Shown piece by piece: positions 50,073-63,123 of a DNA stretch of 64,000 nucleotides (the first letter of the stretch is position 1; each line of letters opens with the position of its first letter). Origin of the DNA: Schmidtea polychroa (lineage: Eukaryota); the NCBI GenBank assembly GCA_044892525.1, contig CM097885.1, forward strand, positions 218,426,001 through 218,490,000. Reading direction: 5' to 3'. Both the position numbers and the translations under genes were made by a program. Under the pieces are notes generated by a model. That model did not search any database, was not told the origin of the DNA, and saw only the letters and a list, made by a program, of their open reading frames with translations.

Positions 50073-51300
50073 TTGGAAACATGTGAAACGGAGAAAAAAT
50101 CATCGCTTGCTTTCTTGGATCTGTTAATACAACGCAAAGAGAAACACTATGAGACAGAGATTTATAGAAAATCAACTGATACTGGTCTCTATACTTCTTC
50201 CGAAAGTTTTTGTGAATTCAAGTATAAAAGAAATATGGTGAAGGGGTTGATTTATCGTGCATGGTCTTTGTCTTCTACCTTTAAAAATTCAGTAAAAGTG
50301 TTGACATATTGGTTGAATTGTTAATGAAGAACGGTTATTCAAAATCCTTTTTGGTAATTATGGTGAAAGAGACTGTTGACAAATTTATTAAAAATCCTAA
50401 GGATCCATGTTTGAGAAAATCTGGGTGTGATCTTGTTGAAATGTGTTAGTCTGATGAGTTAAAATCTGGGTGTGATTTTGTTGAGGTGTGTGAGTCTGAT
50501 GAGTTAAATAAATTAAATAGTGTGAGCAAGGATGATGAACCTAAATTTGTGTTAGTATTGCCGTACTCAGAAGATTTCAAGGATTATAAAATGAAGATAA
50601 GAAAGCAGTTAGGAAATTTAAACTATAGGATAGTGTCAACTTCATGGAAAGTACGCAATATGTTTATTAATAAGTCAAAAACTCCGGTTGAATTGTGTTC
50701 CGATCTCGTTTATTAGTTTACATGTAATGGGTGTAATGCCACACACATTGGAGAGACTTCACGTCATCTCTGTATTCGAGCTCGAGAACATTGTAGACCG
50801 AAGGCTTTGACCCATATTGGTGAGCACAATAAGGGAGGGCTGTAAGATTAAAATAGGTATGTCTGATTTTAAAATTTTATTAAGAAATTTCGATAATTAA
50901 TTGGAACGTGTGAGTTGTGAGGCGTTGTTGATAAAATCATTGAATCCGAAAATTAATGTGCAGAATGCAGTAAATACTTGTGTTTTGAGTGTCTTTAAAT
51001 AAGTTTTTAAATAGGTTTTTTATATTGTATGTATTGATTGTTGTATTAAATTAAATAATTAATAAAAATTTTTTTAAATTATTAAATTAAATTTTAAATG
51101 TTAAAATTTTAAAAAAATAATATTTTTTTTATAAAGTAAAAAATTTTATATATAATTAATAAATTTGTTTAAAATCCTTAATTTAATGAGTTATTATATC
51201 CCACCTGATGATAACAGGAAAACTGTCGAAATTAATCGTGAAAAGAATGTTTGATTTGCGTTATCTTATAATTTTATCTTTAAATTTGCATTTAAGATAC
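50073..51300 (+). mobile_element. Penelope-like element, 5'-truncated (RT thumb, GIY-YIG endonuclease, pLTR tail)
   Basis: LAFLDLLIQR...TEIYRKSTDTGLY...K..MVKGLIYRA; LVY*FTCNGCNATHIGETSRHLCIRAREH; EALLIKSLNPKINVQ. 45-bp tandem duplication at 50416-50508. Confidence 0.9.
51202..51240 (+). ncRNA. Minimal type-I hammerhead ribozyme in the Penelope pLTR
   Basis: CAC-CTGATGA-TA-ACAG-GAAAA-CTGT-C-GAAA-TTAAT-C-GTG: core boxes, stem II, palindromic ATTAAT helix III, AUC cleavage triplet, 3-bp stem I. Confidence 0.75.
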
Positions 51301-52700
51301 ATACCCCAATTAATTCTTTTATAAGATGATTCAATAAACCGTTACACAGATATATAAACATACAAATATAAAAGTGTTTTTATTGCTTGTTATTGTTGCT
51401 CGTGGTATTTTCTTTGCTTAAAAGAAGGCATTGTTTACGTTTACGACAGATTTATAGAAATTTGCGATTGGTCACTCACTGTGGGCAAGTATTTTTTGTC
51501 AGTGTTCCGCGTAAAAAAATCATGTGAATGGTGTTCCATGCTTTTATATTAATTGAGAACCACTGTTATACACAATAATCCGTTGTTTATGTCAACAATC
51601 CCACATATTTCGGTCCATATGCCTTGAAATGCACGGCTACTATTACTTACACTACCTTTATCAACTAATTTTCGTTTTAGATTTTTTTATTCTCCATCAC
51701 AGGGCTGGAAAAAAAATAAATTTAAATAAGCGAATTTTTAAAAAAAATTAATAGGTTTATTAACTATTAACTTTCTGCAATGTTGTTGCACTGATTACTA
51801 GTGTCATAAAATTCAAACACGTCGTAGATATTTCTCCGACACAGTACTGTTGCCCTTTACACCTTCTTCTTCCAACCTCGTGTCATTTTGATCAAATACG
51901 CCTGTTTACCGAATGTAATCGAGCGACTCGAAACATAGCCGATGTTTTGATTTTGACATCTTTATATTAATATTAATATTGAAAGAAAGCATTTAATGTT
52001 TTTAATATGTATATTTGTTATGCAATACTATTTACTTGTATATACAAGTCTTTTTTAGGCATTAAATTATATTCATTATTAATGTAACTAATAATGCTAT
52101 TATAAATAACCAATGGGGACCATTATTAGGGACAAATGTTTAAATTATGATTTTTTTTGATGAGCCATATCACCAAAAATAAGCTCGAGTATGAGCACTG
52201 ACACGCGAGTCATAGGTTCGCCATCACTGGTCTAACACAAAAATTTCAGCATTACCATTGTAAAGCATTATTTGACCAAATAACACCAAAAGAGACAGTA
52301 CCAAAAATTTGTGTTAAAAAAATACCTTGATATATAATCAAAAATTAAATGAAAACTAGTAAACTAAGGTCGTCCATGACGTTCATATGACTCATTAAAT
52401 TATAAATATAGATTTTACATGGTTTACTAACAATAAATTTTCGTGTAATATTTTATACATATAAAAGAAATTTTATTATTATTTAATTTTTACAAGAAGT
52501 AGTTTCAAATAATTTATCCTATCTTATTACATCTTGAAATAATTCCAAAGATAAATTGAACTTTTACTGATAAAACAATTTATCACTGGATAACTAAATA
52601 CAATTGAAATGTAAAATATCATTTTCCCGTCAATTTCAACATTTTACCGAAAAATTTAAACATTTTATTTCCAATTTCAACAATGTTAAAAATTGAAATT

Positions 52701-52976
52701 CAGCAACTACTCTCATATCCACCATTTTCTGGAATCCGCCAATTTATTTTTGCAAAAATGAATATAATTAAGTGTAATTTTGTTTAATAATATATTTTAT
52801 TAATTATTTTTGTTTATAATTTTTGTTATTTTTGTATTTAATATAACTATGGATAATTGGATAATTTCTAGATTTTTTAATAAATTTTATTATTTTTTAC
52901 TCGAAAATCCGCCATTTTCTAGAAGCCGCCACCTTTTTCATAGTTCCGTTTTTGGCGGATAAGAAAGTAGTTACTG
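52701..52976. mobile_element. Tigger-type MITE, copy 2
   Basis: Same family as 8461-8729; ends ...GGCGGATAAGAAAGTAGTTACTG|TA. Confidence 0.85.
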
Positions 52977-53643
52977 TACTTTACAAATTAAGCATTAAAA
53001 AAATCAAATCAATGACATTTAACGATTCTGCTATTTCCAATCAAAATAACGAAACAACCAAGGATTCAATAATATAAGTGCCATATAGAAAGGTTTCATT
53101 GGAAATCAGAGTAAGCCTAATCGTTCTAGTAATAGAACATGGACAAATCATTTTGGAGGCAGCTGATGTTCATAGGATTAACTATAATACAGGAAGAAAG
53201 GAGTTGTGAAACTTTTGAATAAAAGCGGAAAATAAAGATTTATTTTAACAGGAGAAATAGTATTAGGACTGAAGATTTCATTTCATTTAATCTTCAAAGC
53301 ATAAGTTTAACGTAGTGCGCTGAAGGATATTCAATTTCAATTTCAAAAATATGTAGTTATCAAATCTCTGACTGAAAATATTATACTTAAGCATTTAAAT
53401 GAAATCTGTGGTAAATTAGATTATCTTGTAATTGACAAGTTAAATAATAGTCTGAAATTTTATATACGGTTTTAAATGAAATAGTAAATTGTAATAAAGT
53501 GTGCTGTTTGGGATGCCTAAGAACCTGAACCCCTTCCAATTGTCCTCATACGTCCCCTTTAATGGATGTTTATTAATGGATGTTCTCTTAAACTAAAAAG
53601 TATATAAGCTATCTAATAATTATTAATTCTCAGTATAAAAATG

Positions 53644-53850
53644 ATGGCTCTTGAATTTGTTAAAAGTCAAAAAGGAAAAGATTTTCTTGTAGTTGAAGGC
53701 AATACATTTTGTAGTGAGAGAATTTCAAAAGGAAAAAAATTATGGAAATGCACGGAATATCGGAAACAGAAGTTCATGGCAAGGTGTCATACGGAGGATG
53801 GTCAAATTATCAGAAGATACACACAACCATGATCCTGACACAATACCATA
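53644..53850 (+). mobile_element. FLYWCH zinc-finger fragment, probable MULE transposase remnant
   Basis: LEFVKSQKGKDFLVVEGNTF...LWKCTEYRK...ARCHT; THNHDPD follows in a shifted frame. Confidence 0.75.
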
Positions 53851-54671
53851 TATCGATTCATTATATTTTTAAAACAATGTTATTAATTACCGCGCTATTA
53901 CTGCATTGCGCACTTTTTATTTCTTGACCATATGTTCTGCCTTTTTTATCATGATCTCTTATGGGCACGCCCTATTGTAACACACCTTTATTGGGAGATA
54001 AAAAATTTTCAATTGCTACCTATAATTTGTATCCTACCGAAACATTCACAAACTCAAAAAAGAGTTTCGCGACATGGAAAAATGGAGGAAAATGTCTTGA
54101 TTATAAGTTGACTTTTAAGTAACTGTAATTTTGATTCAAAATCTTTGACATTGAAATATAAATAAGTAACAACTTGATCTTATTTAAATTATAAAGATTT
54201 TGTATTGTCAGTTGACTTCATCCCATATATAATCTAGAAAAACTACTAATCTCATGTGTGAGCATCACTTTATGCTTGTTAAAAAAGTTAAATGTTGACA
54301 ACCAAAGAAAAAAGTCATGCATTTAAAGGTTAAAATAAGATTATTCGCCGTTAAATTAAAACAAAATAAATTAAATTATAGAAGTGCTTAATATAATTTT
54401 ATTATAATTATTAAAATGTGCGTAAACATAAAAGGGTCAGTAATATGTCAGTGATATGGAATTATATAAATAACTGAGATTTCCAGTGAGTATTACTTAT
54501 TAATTTCAATGAAGACCAACGTAGCATATTACTCCTTTTTCGGATTAATATTTCAGGCAAAAAATTAAAAATGGATTGCCTCTGAAAACCTTTAAACAAA
54601 TTATCATTGCACAAAGAATATTTAAAGTTATTTTTATCATGAAATCGCTCAAAATAACTGAAAAATCTTAC

Positions 54672-54953
54672 TAGCTATTTTAAAAATGATATCCGGTAAG
54701 TCGTGAAATCTTCTCATTTCCGTAATAGTTTCCACCATTTTCCCGAAAAATTCCAACAAAATTCGATACCTATACGATAAGAAGTTTTATCAATTTTTTT
54801 TTCTTTTAATGCTCACCCAATTTTATATAAATGTTCACGATGATTAATAGAGGCTTTAAAATTGACCATTGCCGCTTTATCCACGTGCTTATAAAACTTC
54901 TGGAATATTTCTTCTTTTTTCACGGTTTTAAAAGATTTAGCTGATACAATATT
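54672..54953 (-). CDS. MYCBPAP: MYCBPAP-like exons 54817-54953 and 54672-54769
   Basis: EEIFQKFYKHVDKAAMV...|GYRILLEFFGKMVETITEMRRFHDLPD (cf. EDALMRLNKAALEL...QLWRDVIDSLV...LRSVLGLPE). 47-nt GT-AG intron; phases consistent. Confidence 0.75.
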
Positions 54954-55398
54954 CTGAAAAATATTTAATTAAATAAATAAAATTAACTCTTTATAGAATG
55001 TATCATTTTCCAAATCATATTTTAGTAGTAAAACACCTCTGTACCTTTAAGCCGTTAATTTGATAAATCTATTAACTTCATAAAAGAAAAAGTAGATAAA
55101 ATTTACCACTTTTTATACACAGTTTTTAAAAATTCATTTTATCATTTATTAATATTATTTATCAAGCTTCGGCATTAATATTTAAAAATAATCAAAAAGT
55201 GAAGCATGGCCCTGTCATTGGCTCATTGGCATAAATTACAATCTTAAAATATTGATTAAGTGAAGGAATGATTATATAATTCAGGAGTTCCCAAAGTTTT
55301 ACTTAGGTGGACTGAATTCTAAATTCCAAAATATCTGGTGGGCCAAAATACAAAAATGTTTTTAAAAAAGTAATAATATACTTCCCCGACTTATAATA

Positions 55399-55452
55399 TA
55401 TTATACTATTTCATGGAAGTGTCTCACAAAAGAATGCTGCCTTTACTGAGAA
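55399..55452 (+). repeat. Dispersed repeat, second copy at 60800-60855
   Basis: Shared TATTATACTA..TTTCATG.AAGTGTCTCACAAAAGAATG.TGCCTTTA.TGAGAA. Confidence 0.8.
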
Positions 55453-55551
55453 AGAAAAGTAAACAAAGTGAATTCTAAGAAAATATTTTCATGACAATAT
55501 GAGTAATGGAAAAACGAGGAAAAGATTATCGCAAGGGAGACGCACTGTGGG

Positions 55552-56220
55552 CAGGCCCTAGGAGAGGCGGGGCCAGAGGGGCCCCTGGCCCCAGGCCACA
55601 AATCTTCAAAATTTTATTTGAAGAAATATTTTTGGAAACAAAAATTAATTTTTAAAAATTCAAAAATTTGAAAATGGACTAATGATATAACTTCTTTGCT
55701 CTTATATATCAATCTAACATGTTTTTAAATAAATCAGATTGATCTAAGATTAGGAATTCGTCATTTAAAATTGCTTGATCGCTATTAAAATCCACGCAAC
55801 CAACTTCAAATCATCAAAGCCAAAAGAAGTGCTTAAATCTATTATTGAAATGAATTTGGAGTCAATTTTTCCAAATCTTGTAGTTGTATTAAGAATATTT
55901 TTGACAATCCCGGTTTCTGTAGCCGAGTCTGAACGTAAGTGTTCAGCTCAAAAACGTATTAAAAATTTCTTGAGATCTACAATTGCACAAGAGCGGCTAA
56001 ATGGATTAACAATGCTGCATATTAATAACGATATTGCAAGAAACCTAAATTTTAGTGAAATAATTGATAAATTTGCAATTTCAAAAGCCCGTAAATCATT
56101 AATATAATAAAATTTGTTTTTATATTGTGTTGTCGCTAACTATATATATTTTTTAATTATTTAAAAGAGGCCCCAAAAAAAATTTGGCCCCGGGCCCCGC
56201 ACTCTCTCTCCTAAGCCCTA
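55552..56220 (+). mobile_element. hAT (Blackjack/ZMYM1-like) deletion derivative
   Basis: CAGGCCCTAGGAGAG / CTCTCCTAAGCCCTA ends, TSD ACTGTGGG/ACTGTGAA, GGCCCC subterminal repeats, ORF 55775-56107 FLTIPVSVAESERKCS..KNFLRSTIAQERLNGL. Confidence 0.85.
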
Positions 56221-56704
56221 ACTGTGAAACAATTAATTATTTCTTTCGAAGGAGAAAAAATTAAAAGGTCGCGAGGCAAAGCTTGTCAAAGGGAAACGCA
56301 ATTAATCAATGTGATTATTTCAACTATATAAAATGGCTCGAACTCAGAAACAATCGGCATTTTGCCTCAGGTACGGATAAAGAAATCGACAGTAGGACTA
56401 AAAAGGAAAAATTAAAGATAGAAGATAGAATTAACGGAATGGAAAACAAAAAATAAAGTTAAGTCAAAGGAGTAAATAAAATATGTGATGACTGTTGCAG
56501 AACGTGCAGAACTAAAGCGGTTACAGTGAGATTCATGGAAATTAGAGATATTCAATTAGAGAGATTCATTTTATTATGGAAATATTATTATATTCCTTTC
56601 AGGACTGGAAGATTTATAATTCCTTTTGTGTTGTACTGATTCTAGATGGTAGTGTTAGTGAGTTATAAAATTTTATTTTATTGCTAAAATAAATAAAGTT
56701 TCAC

Positions 56705-57014
56705 CTTTCTTAACAGGCCACAATCCATGCTCCAATTATCGTAGGCATTCGGTTCCTTTCCAGCAATTTCTTCATTTAGCCTTTTAAGGGAATTAATATT
56801 CTCGATTTCGTAAAAAAACTGAAATTATTTATAGTAAACATACCATTTGAAAAAACTAAACAACTCCATTATTTTTTTGAACAAATTGGTCTTTCTCCGT
56901 GTTTTCAAAACACTCTTCGGGATTAAATTGAAGATCAGTTCTACCGATATTTTGTATGATTTCGTCCAGGATACTGTGTGAAATATTGTTGGCAACTTGA
57001 TATTTCATGTAGAT
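56705..57014 (-). CDS. MYCBPAP: MYCBPAP-like exons 56865-57014 and 56705-56818
   Basis: ANNISHSILDEIIQNI...TEKDQFVQKNNG|FFYEIENINSLKRL...DNWSMDCGLLRK (cf. AVTVVREVLQELL...TEEDLFRHRNPQLHYEHQVVQSLHQL...EWNLCLEDFRK). 46-nt intron. Confidence 0.78.
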
Positions 57015-57499
57015 CTGAAACATACAGTTCATGATGTGTTTTTATAATTTCAATAGAAATTTTTCTATGAATTTTACATTAATTTTTAAAATAAAAATAA
57101 AACAAGAAACATTTTAATCTGTAGATTTCCGAAGTTGAGAATTAACTGAAGAGCCAGATTAAACAGAAAATATATACATTTCGTGTTCAAATTCAGTGAT
57201 TCTCAAAGTTGGACCTCAATAAAAGGCATATTATGACCAGAATATCCTGCCATTGCAAAATATATAAATAATTGAATAAAAATCTGACTTTTTTTTGTAA
57301 AAATATCTTACAAACTAAAGTTTCACATTTCTCACCCCTTTTAATTTCTCGAGAAAAGAAAACACATATTTGTTTTCTCGAGATTTCTAGAGATTTCTAA
57401 AGATTTCTTGAGAAAATAACTTATTAAAATAAAAATTCAATGCACTATAATATAAACTGAAATTCACATTTTTATTATACACAAAATAAAAAATAAAAA

Positions 57500-57900
57500 T
57501 ATAATAAATTCATTCATTTTTGTTATCTAAAATAATGTTTTAAGAAACACAGAGCGTCAAAAGTTGAATCTCCCATTCTCGTAATCTGTTGCAATAGAAA
57601 ACTCGCTCATTTTGCGTAGAAGTTAGTTATATGGTCAGAAGTGCATTCAAAATATTCTGAAAATTTGAGGTTCTCTGCTTCAAATATTTTAAATTCCTTT
57701 ACTAATGATTGAAATTTGTCAGCATTCGGTCTTTCATATCCTTTTAAACTTCATAATTGAAAAATTTATTTTTTGCTGTAGACTTGCCTCTTCTTCTCTA
57801 TCTGGATATTCTTCAATATTTTCAGTTTCACCAGTTTCTTCAGGATTATCCTTATCATCATTTTTAGTTTCAAAAATATTTATTTTCTAAATATTCTATT
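57500..57900 (-). mobile_element. hAT (Ac group) transposase C-terminal remnant
   Basis: NILNALLTI*LTSTQNERVFS...TFDALCFLK across frameshifts. Confidence 0.6.
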
Positions 57901-58973
57901 TTAGATACGTTATCAGATTAACCCTTTGTAATACAAACCTACAATAGTCGAAGAATTTTAAACTTTAAAATTTTTTTTTTAAATTTTTTTATTTATTATT
58001 TAATAAGTCAGTAATAAATATGAGGATGCATTTCGAAATCAGCAATTATCTGTGAATTAAAAAAATTGTGAATTAAAAGTCTTGTTGAATATTTTAGAGC
58101 TCCATCGTTTATAGTGAAAATCTCACAGGCAGATAAAATTAACCAAGAAATTCTAGATAGAAAAAGTTTTACAAATTTCATGACGCGAGAACTCGCCGTT
58201 CTGGAGATTTTGTTACTTCACACAAATGTAAAGAATTTAAAATCTACAAGAGTCAAAGAAATCATAATTTCTTATTTGGTTGTCAAATAATTAAACTGAG
58301 TGGAATAAAAATTTCCATAATATTGTAGAACAAGTAAAATAGAAGAAATAGGTAGAGTAAAAGTCAAATAATTGAAATTTCCATAAATAAGAGAATACAA
58401 AAATTTGTGATTTATCTATATCACGGATGAGAAAGACGTCAACAGCGTAAATATTGGAAGTCGGCCGCAAATAAAAGTTTTTGTGTTATTTCTAGATATA
58501 TAAACTTCTATTTTACAAATTTCGTTTGTTTTTAAATAAAATTAATAGATTACAATTGAAAGCACTCTTTTGATATTTAAAATAATTTCTTTGGTAAGAA
58601 TTAATCTAGTCAAAAGTCGTCCACGAAACTTAAAGGTTTTGCCATCCCTGATCTATATAATAACACATTGTCTCAGACCTTTGATTGTGAAATTAGGAAA
58701 ATTTGTTTGAATGATACCATCTTATTTGCTTTATTTTTGGTAAATTGTGGATTTAATAAATTTTGGGTCTATTTTATTCAAACAAGCATTTTGTTGATTT
58801 ATTTTTCAAATTTTATTTTGCAACTTAATCATAAAATAATAAATTTTTTAAATTGGTTCAACAAAAATAAAATTATTAAAACTTAATTTCTGTCTAAAAG
58901 AATGATAATAATATTAAAACAAAAAATTCCATATATCGCAAAGCATTTAAGCAATGACAAAATAAATACTTAC

Positions 58974-59161
58974 ATCAATGTCTTGTCTAATCGCGGCCGT
59001 TACGTCATTTTGCAAAGCAATTCCTTTCAAAATAATAAAAATGTCGTTGCCATTTGCCAAAAGAGGTATAGTTTCGATTTTCCAAACTTCGGTAAAAATC
59101 CCAGATTTTGCTGATTTAAATATTATAGGAAGATTTAGGTCTTGATTAGGAAGCAAAATTC
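58974..59161 (-). CDS. MYCBPAP: MYCBPAP-like exon (Ig/ASH-like beta domain)
   Basis: GILLPNQDLNLPIIFKSAKSGIFTEVWKIETIPLLANG (cf. GVILPGEIKTFTFFFKSLTAGVFREFWEFRTHPTLLGG). tag|...gat|gtaagt; phase 1 to 0. Confidence 0.85.
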
Positions 59162-61725
59162 CTATTTAAAAAGTGTATTAATTCAGTGCAATTTAAATAA
59201 ATTTCTTATACATTTTAGACAAAAATATTATACTGCTTTCGATTTATAAAGAATAGGAAACTTTTCCTTATTGTTGTGGGTCGAGGATAAATTTCAATAT
59301 TATTTTATGTTGAATCAAGGCAAAATTCACTGTTTCCATTTCTTGTTTCGATTCATCATATGATACAATTCTTTCTTTGACTAATTTTTATATCTTATTT
59401 TACGTATGCGGTATCAAATGAATTCTATATAAAATTTATTTCTACATTTATTTCCTCTTCTCAAACAAATTATTGTTTGAATCTGATACTCTTTTGAACG
59501 TAAAGAAACCGTGAATTTTTGTTTGAATAATAAAGATGAATTTTTCAATTACAAGATACAACATGGCGTCACCACTATTAGAGTTACTGTTTTTTCATAA
59601 TTCCTTGTATTTAAAATATTATTGAGAAATTTTAATAATGTATAATAATTTTTTTGTCACAAAGGTAGATANNNNNNNNNNNNNNNNNNNNNNNNNNNNN
59701 NNNNNNNNNNNNNNNNNNNNNNNNNNNNNNNNNNNNNNNNNNNNNNNNNNNNNNNNNNNNNNNNNNNNNNNNNNNNNNNNNNNNNNNNNNNNNNNNNNNN
59801 NNNNNNNNNNNNNNNNNNNNNNTCCCAAAGTTTTAAAAATTCTAAATTCCAAAAATATTTGTTGAGCCAAAATAAAAAAAATGTTCTTTAAAAAAGTAAT
59901 AATAGACTTCTTTATCCTATTTGGACAGATCCTTTTCATTCGAGACTTCAGCAATTGCTAAACATGAACGTTTTTGTCCGTTGATTTTAAGGGAGTTAGA
60001 ATCGCAAACAAGACCTGCTGATTTTTCAATTTTAAATGATCAAGATAATGTTTTAGAAGAATATGATATGGTTCTACTAGAATAAAAACATTTTAATCGA
60101 TTAAATTTTTATTTTGAATATTTGTATAATTTTTAAAAGTTTATTTTAATTCCAAAAAATAGAAAACCTCCCGAAATTAAGCCCTAAGTGTATTTTTGCC
60201 AAATTTTTTTAAAAAATATATATTTAAGCCCTGGGTTTAATTGAGGAGAATTAAGGTATATATACCCAACATTATCTGTTTGTAATTCTGGAACGCTTAA
60301 TTTATTTACTTATTGTTATAAGTAACTTAAATGAATAAATAAATAATAATAATTACATTTTTTTATATTATATTATTGCATTCTATATTAACTCCATAAC
60401 CATATAGGTATATGATGCCACATTGAACAGTCAAAATCAATAGCTTTATAACACTATAAACTTTCTTGACTCTCAATAATTTTTGGGCGAAATTTAACAA
60501 ACGTAGATAGGCCAAAAATTTCTACATATATTTCGTATATGTCGTTAAAAATTTTAATACAAGTATCCGTATAATTTGGGTGTATTTTGTTGAATCTAAA
60601 AGTGCAATGTATAAATGGAATTTAAAGACGAATATAAAATCAATTAAAAAATTTCAAAAATACGTGCGTTTTTGACGCAAACCAAAGATTTTTTCTTCGA
60701 CTATGACGTGTGATGCAATATTTGGTTTTCGAACACACTGATTCGAACGCATGCAACTTAGATTCACGTGAAGTACTTGGGATTTAAAAAAAAACTTAGT
60801 ATTATACTATATTTCATGAAAGTGTCTCACAAAAGAATGTTGCCTTTATTGAGAAGTTATGTCTTCTATTGGTTGAAATTATTTTTTATATGAATATTTG
60901 AAGTTACAACTATAATTGGATTTGCATTTGAGTTGAATGCACTTGAATTGAACATTTTATAATAAAAATATAAAATATTTTTAAAATTAAGATTTGCAAT
61001 TGGCAATTCGCGATCCGCACTTGGGAAATTATTTTTAATTTAGATAAATTAAAAGAAGTTACTAATATTCAAGAAATCTATTAGAAATATTCGATTCTGA
61101 GACATCAATTAGATATCGAAACGAACAATCAACAACAGAGATACCCTCCAGTTTGAACAGTGGGTTATTGTTTTGGGAAATAAGATTATCTTATTGGGGA
61201 GAGCATGTTTTATAATATATACAATATATATTATACAATTTTGTTTGAATAATAAAGATTTTTGAAATAATTGAATTTTTGAATTACAAAAATAAAACAG
61301 TTTTATTAATTCTGTTAGCAATTTTCTTTATTCTTTAATCAATTGACAAGGACTATCTTATAGTCGAAAATTTTTTCATTAAATACATTATTTGCAGCAA
61401 AAGGCTTAAATTATCATTTTATTGTTTTAAATAATAAATGTTNNNNNNNNNNNNNNNNNNNNNNNNNNNNNNNNNNNNNNNNNNNNNNNNNNNNNNNNNN
61501 NNNNNNNNNNNNNNNNNNNNNNNNNNNNNNNNNNNNNNNNNNNNNNNNNNNNNNNNNNNNNNNNNNNNNNNNNNNNNNNNNNNNNNNNNNNNNNNNNNNN
61601 NNNNNNNNNNNNNNNNNNNNNNNNNNNNNNNNNNNNNNNNNNNNNNNNNNNNNNNNNNNNNNNNNNNNNNNNNNNNNNNNNNNATAATAACAATTTTTCA
61701 TAAATTAAAGAAATAATCATTCTAC

Positions 61726-61798
61726 CATCTTCAGTTTTGAAATAGAAACGTCGCACATTCTTGTTTTCCAAATTAAAAGGGTCGAATGAATCAAGTTT
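61726..61798 (-). CDS. MYCBPAP: MYCBPAP-like exon
   Basis: KLDSFDPFNLENKNVRRFYFKTED-G (cf. KKNRMQRFYFDNREG). Phase 0 to 1. Confidence 0.8.
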
Positions 61799-63123
61799 CT
61801 AAATAAAAAACCTTTTTATTTTGTAATAAATTTAAAAGATAAATATTTCTGTAATAGGAATTTTAGAATTTGTTTTATAATTCGGTGATTGTAGAGATTG
61901 TTGAATCTTTATGTGATTCTTTAAAAAATATTGATCAATAGTCAGTTATTTCTGACCAAAATTCATTTCGAATTTCAGAAATAACTATATTTTCTGACGA
62001 TGAAAATATTGTCTGTTACTAGCCACTTTTGTGGCAGGGCACCAAATGCGTATATTTATCTACTTTTTCCATTGGGTCTTCAAAATGTAAATATTAACCC
62101 TTTCAGATTTTTTTTGAAATATTAAATTTTGTTCTCCCACCAAAAATGGTCGATGGATCTATTGAATTAAAGCAGGAAACCATTTACAGGTTACTCCATT
62201 ATATACGGAAAGAACTCAAGTTAGGGTTCTTTTCTCAACTAATTAATAATTTATTTTCATTATGATCAAAGAACAAAAATTAATTTTCTATGCAACACAA
62301 GTTTTCCGCTTTGCCTTTTTCAAGTGTCACTTATTAAAGACAAAGTCGAAAAGTTATATTGAATGGAAAATTAATTTCTGATTTTGTTATAATAAAATTA
62401 AATGAAATATCGAAAAAGAAAACTTATCAAAGGTGATTAATTAATCATTAATTACTAATTATTACAGAATGACCCAATATAGAGATCCCCTAGAATTTGT
62501 AAATGAGAGATTTTCATGTGTAGAATAGACATGTACTCGAAAATACTTTACATTTGATATCATAATAATATTTTGGTACATAACATAGTCTGATTACAAA
62601 ATCAAAATGATATCTTTTTATATGGAATTGAATTTTTGGACAAAAGAAACTTTTCCTAAATATTGATGGTTAACAAAATTTAACAATAAGAATCACCATT
62701 GTCCGATGTTTTTTGCTATATATTCTTATTATTGGTGTTTTTCAATNNNNNNNNNNNNNNNNNNNNNNNNNNNNNNNNNNNNNNNNNNNNNNNNNNNNNN
62801 NNNNNNNNNNNNNNNNNNNNNNNNNNNNNNNNNNNNNNNNNNNNNNNNNNNNNNNNNNNNNNNNNNNNNNNNNNNNNNNNNNNNNNNNNNNNNNNNNNNT
62901 AAATTTTATTCCTTATTCAATGACAAAAAAATGTCATTTAAAAATAATTAAATTACACAATCAGGTATTATGATGTAATAAGCATATTGTTATACATTCC
63001 TAATCAACATCAAACTCTGCAAAAATAGAGACATTGAGTGAGCTACCTAGATTTTGTAATTTTTAAACAAAAAACCTTTAGAAGTCATTACTTGAATATA
63101 GTTTTTATACAAAAATGTCTTAC

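Larger units (their letters stand above)
50057..51565. mobile_element. Nested small hAT (Charlie-like) element inside the SPIN-like element
   Basis: CAGTGGGTTTCATACC ... TTGAGAACCACTG, Charlie-type 3' subterminal GTGTTCCGCG..GTGTTCCATG. TSD-like TTATAAAC/TTATACAC requires one base lost. Confidence 0.5.
48675..52229 (-). mobile_element. hAT (SPIN/Buster group) element with decayed transposase and nested insertions
   Basis: TIR CAGTGATGCCGAACCT / AGGTTCGCCATCACTG, perfect TSD GTCTAACA. ORFs 49760-50044 (VNFIAARPLQ...NNVRWL..GKVLERF) and 48956-49375 (FSSTYFCETLFS...HPKSH). Confidence 0.93.

Noticed and set aside
50451-50508. Two CTGATGA motifs suggesting more hammerheads
   Set aside because: They belong to a 45-bp tandem duplication in the Penelope coding linker; no stem II or GAAA follows.
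59619-62973. ORFs containing runs of X
   Set aside because: Artefacts of N-gaps being read through.
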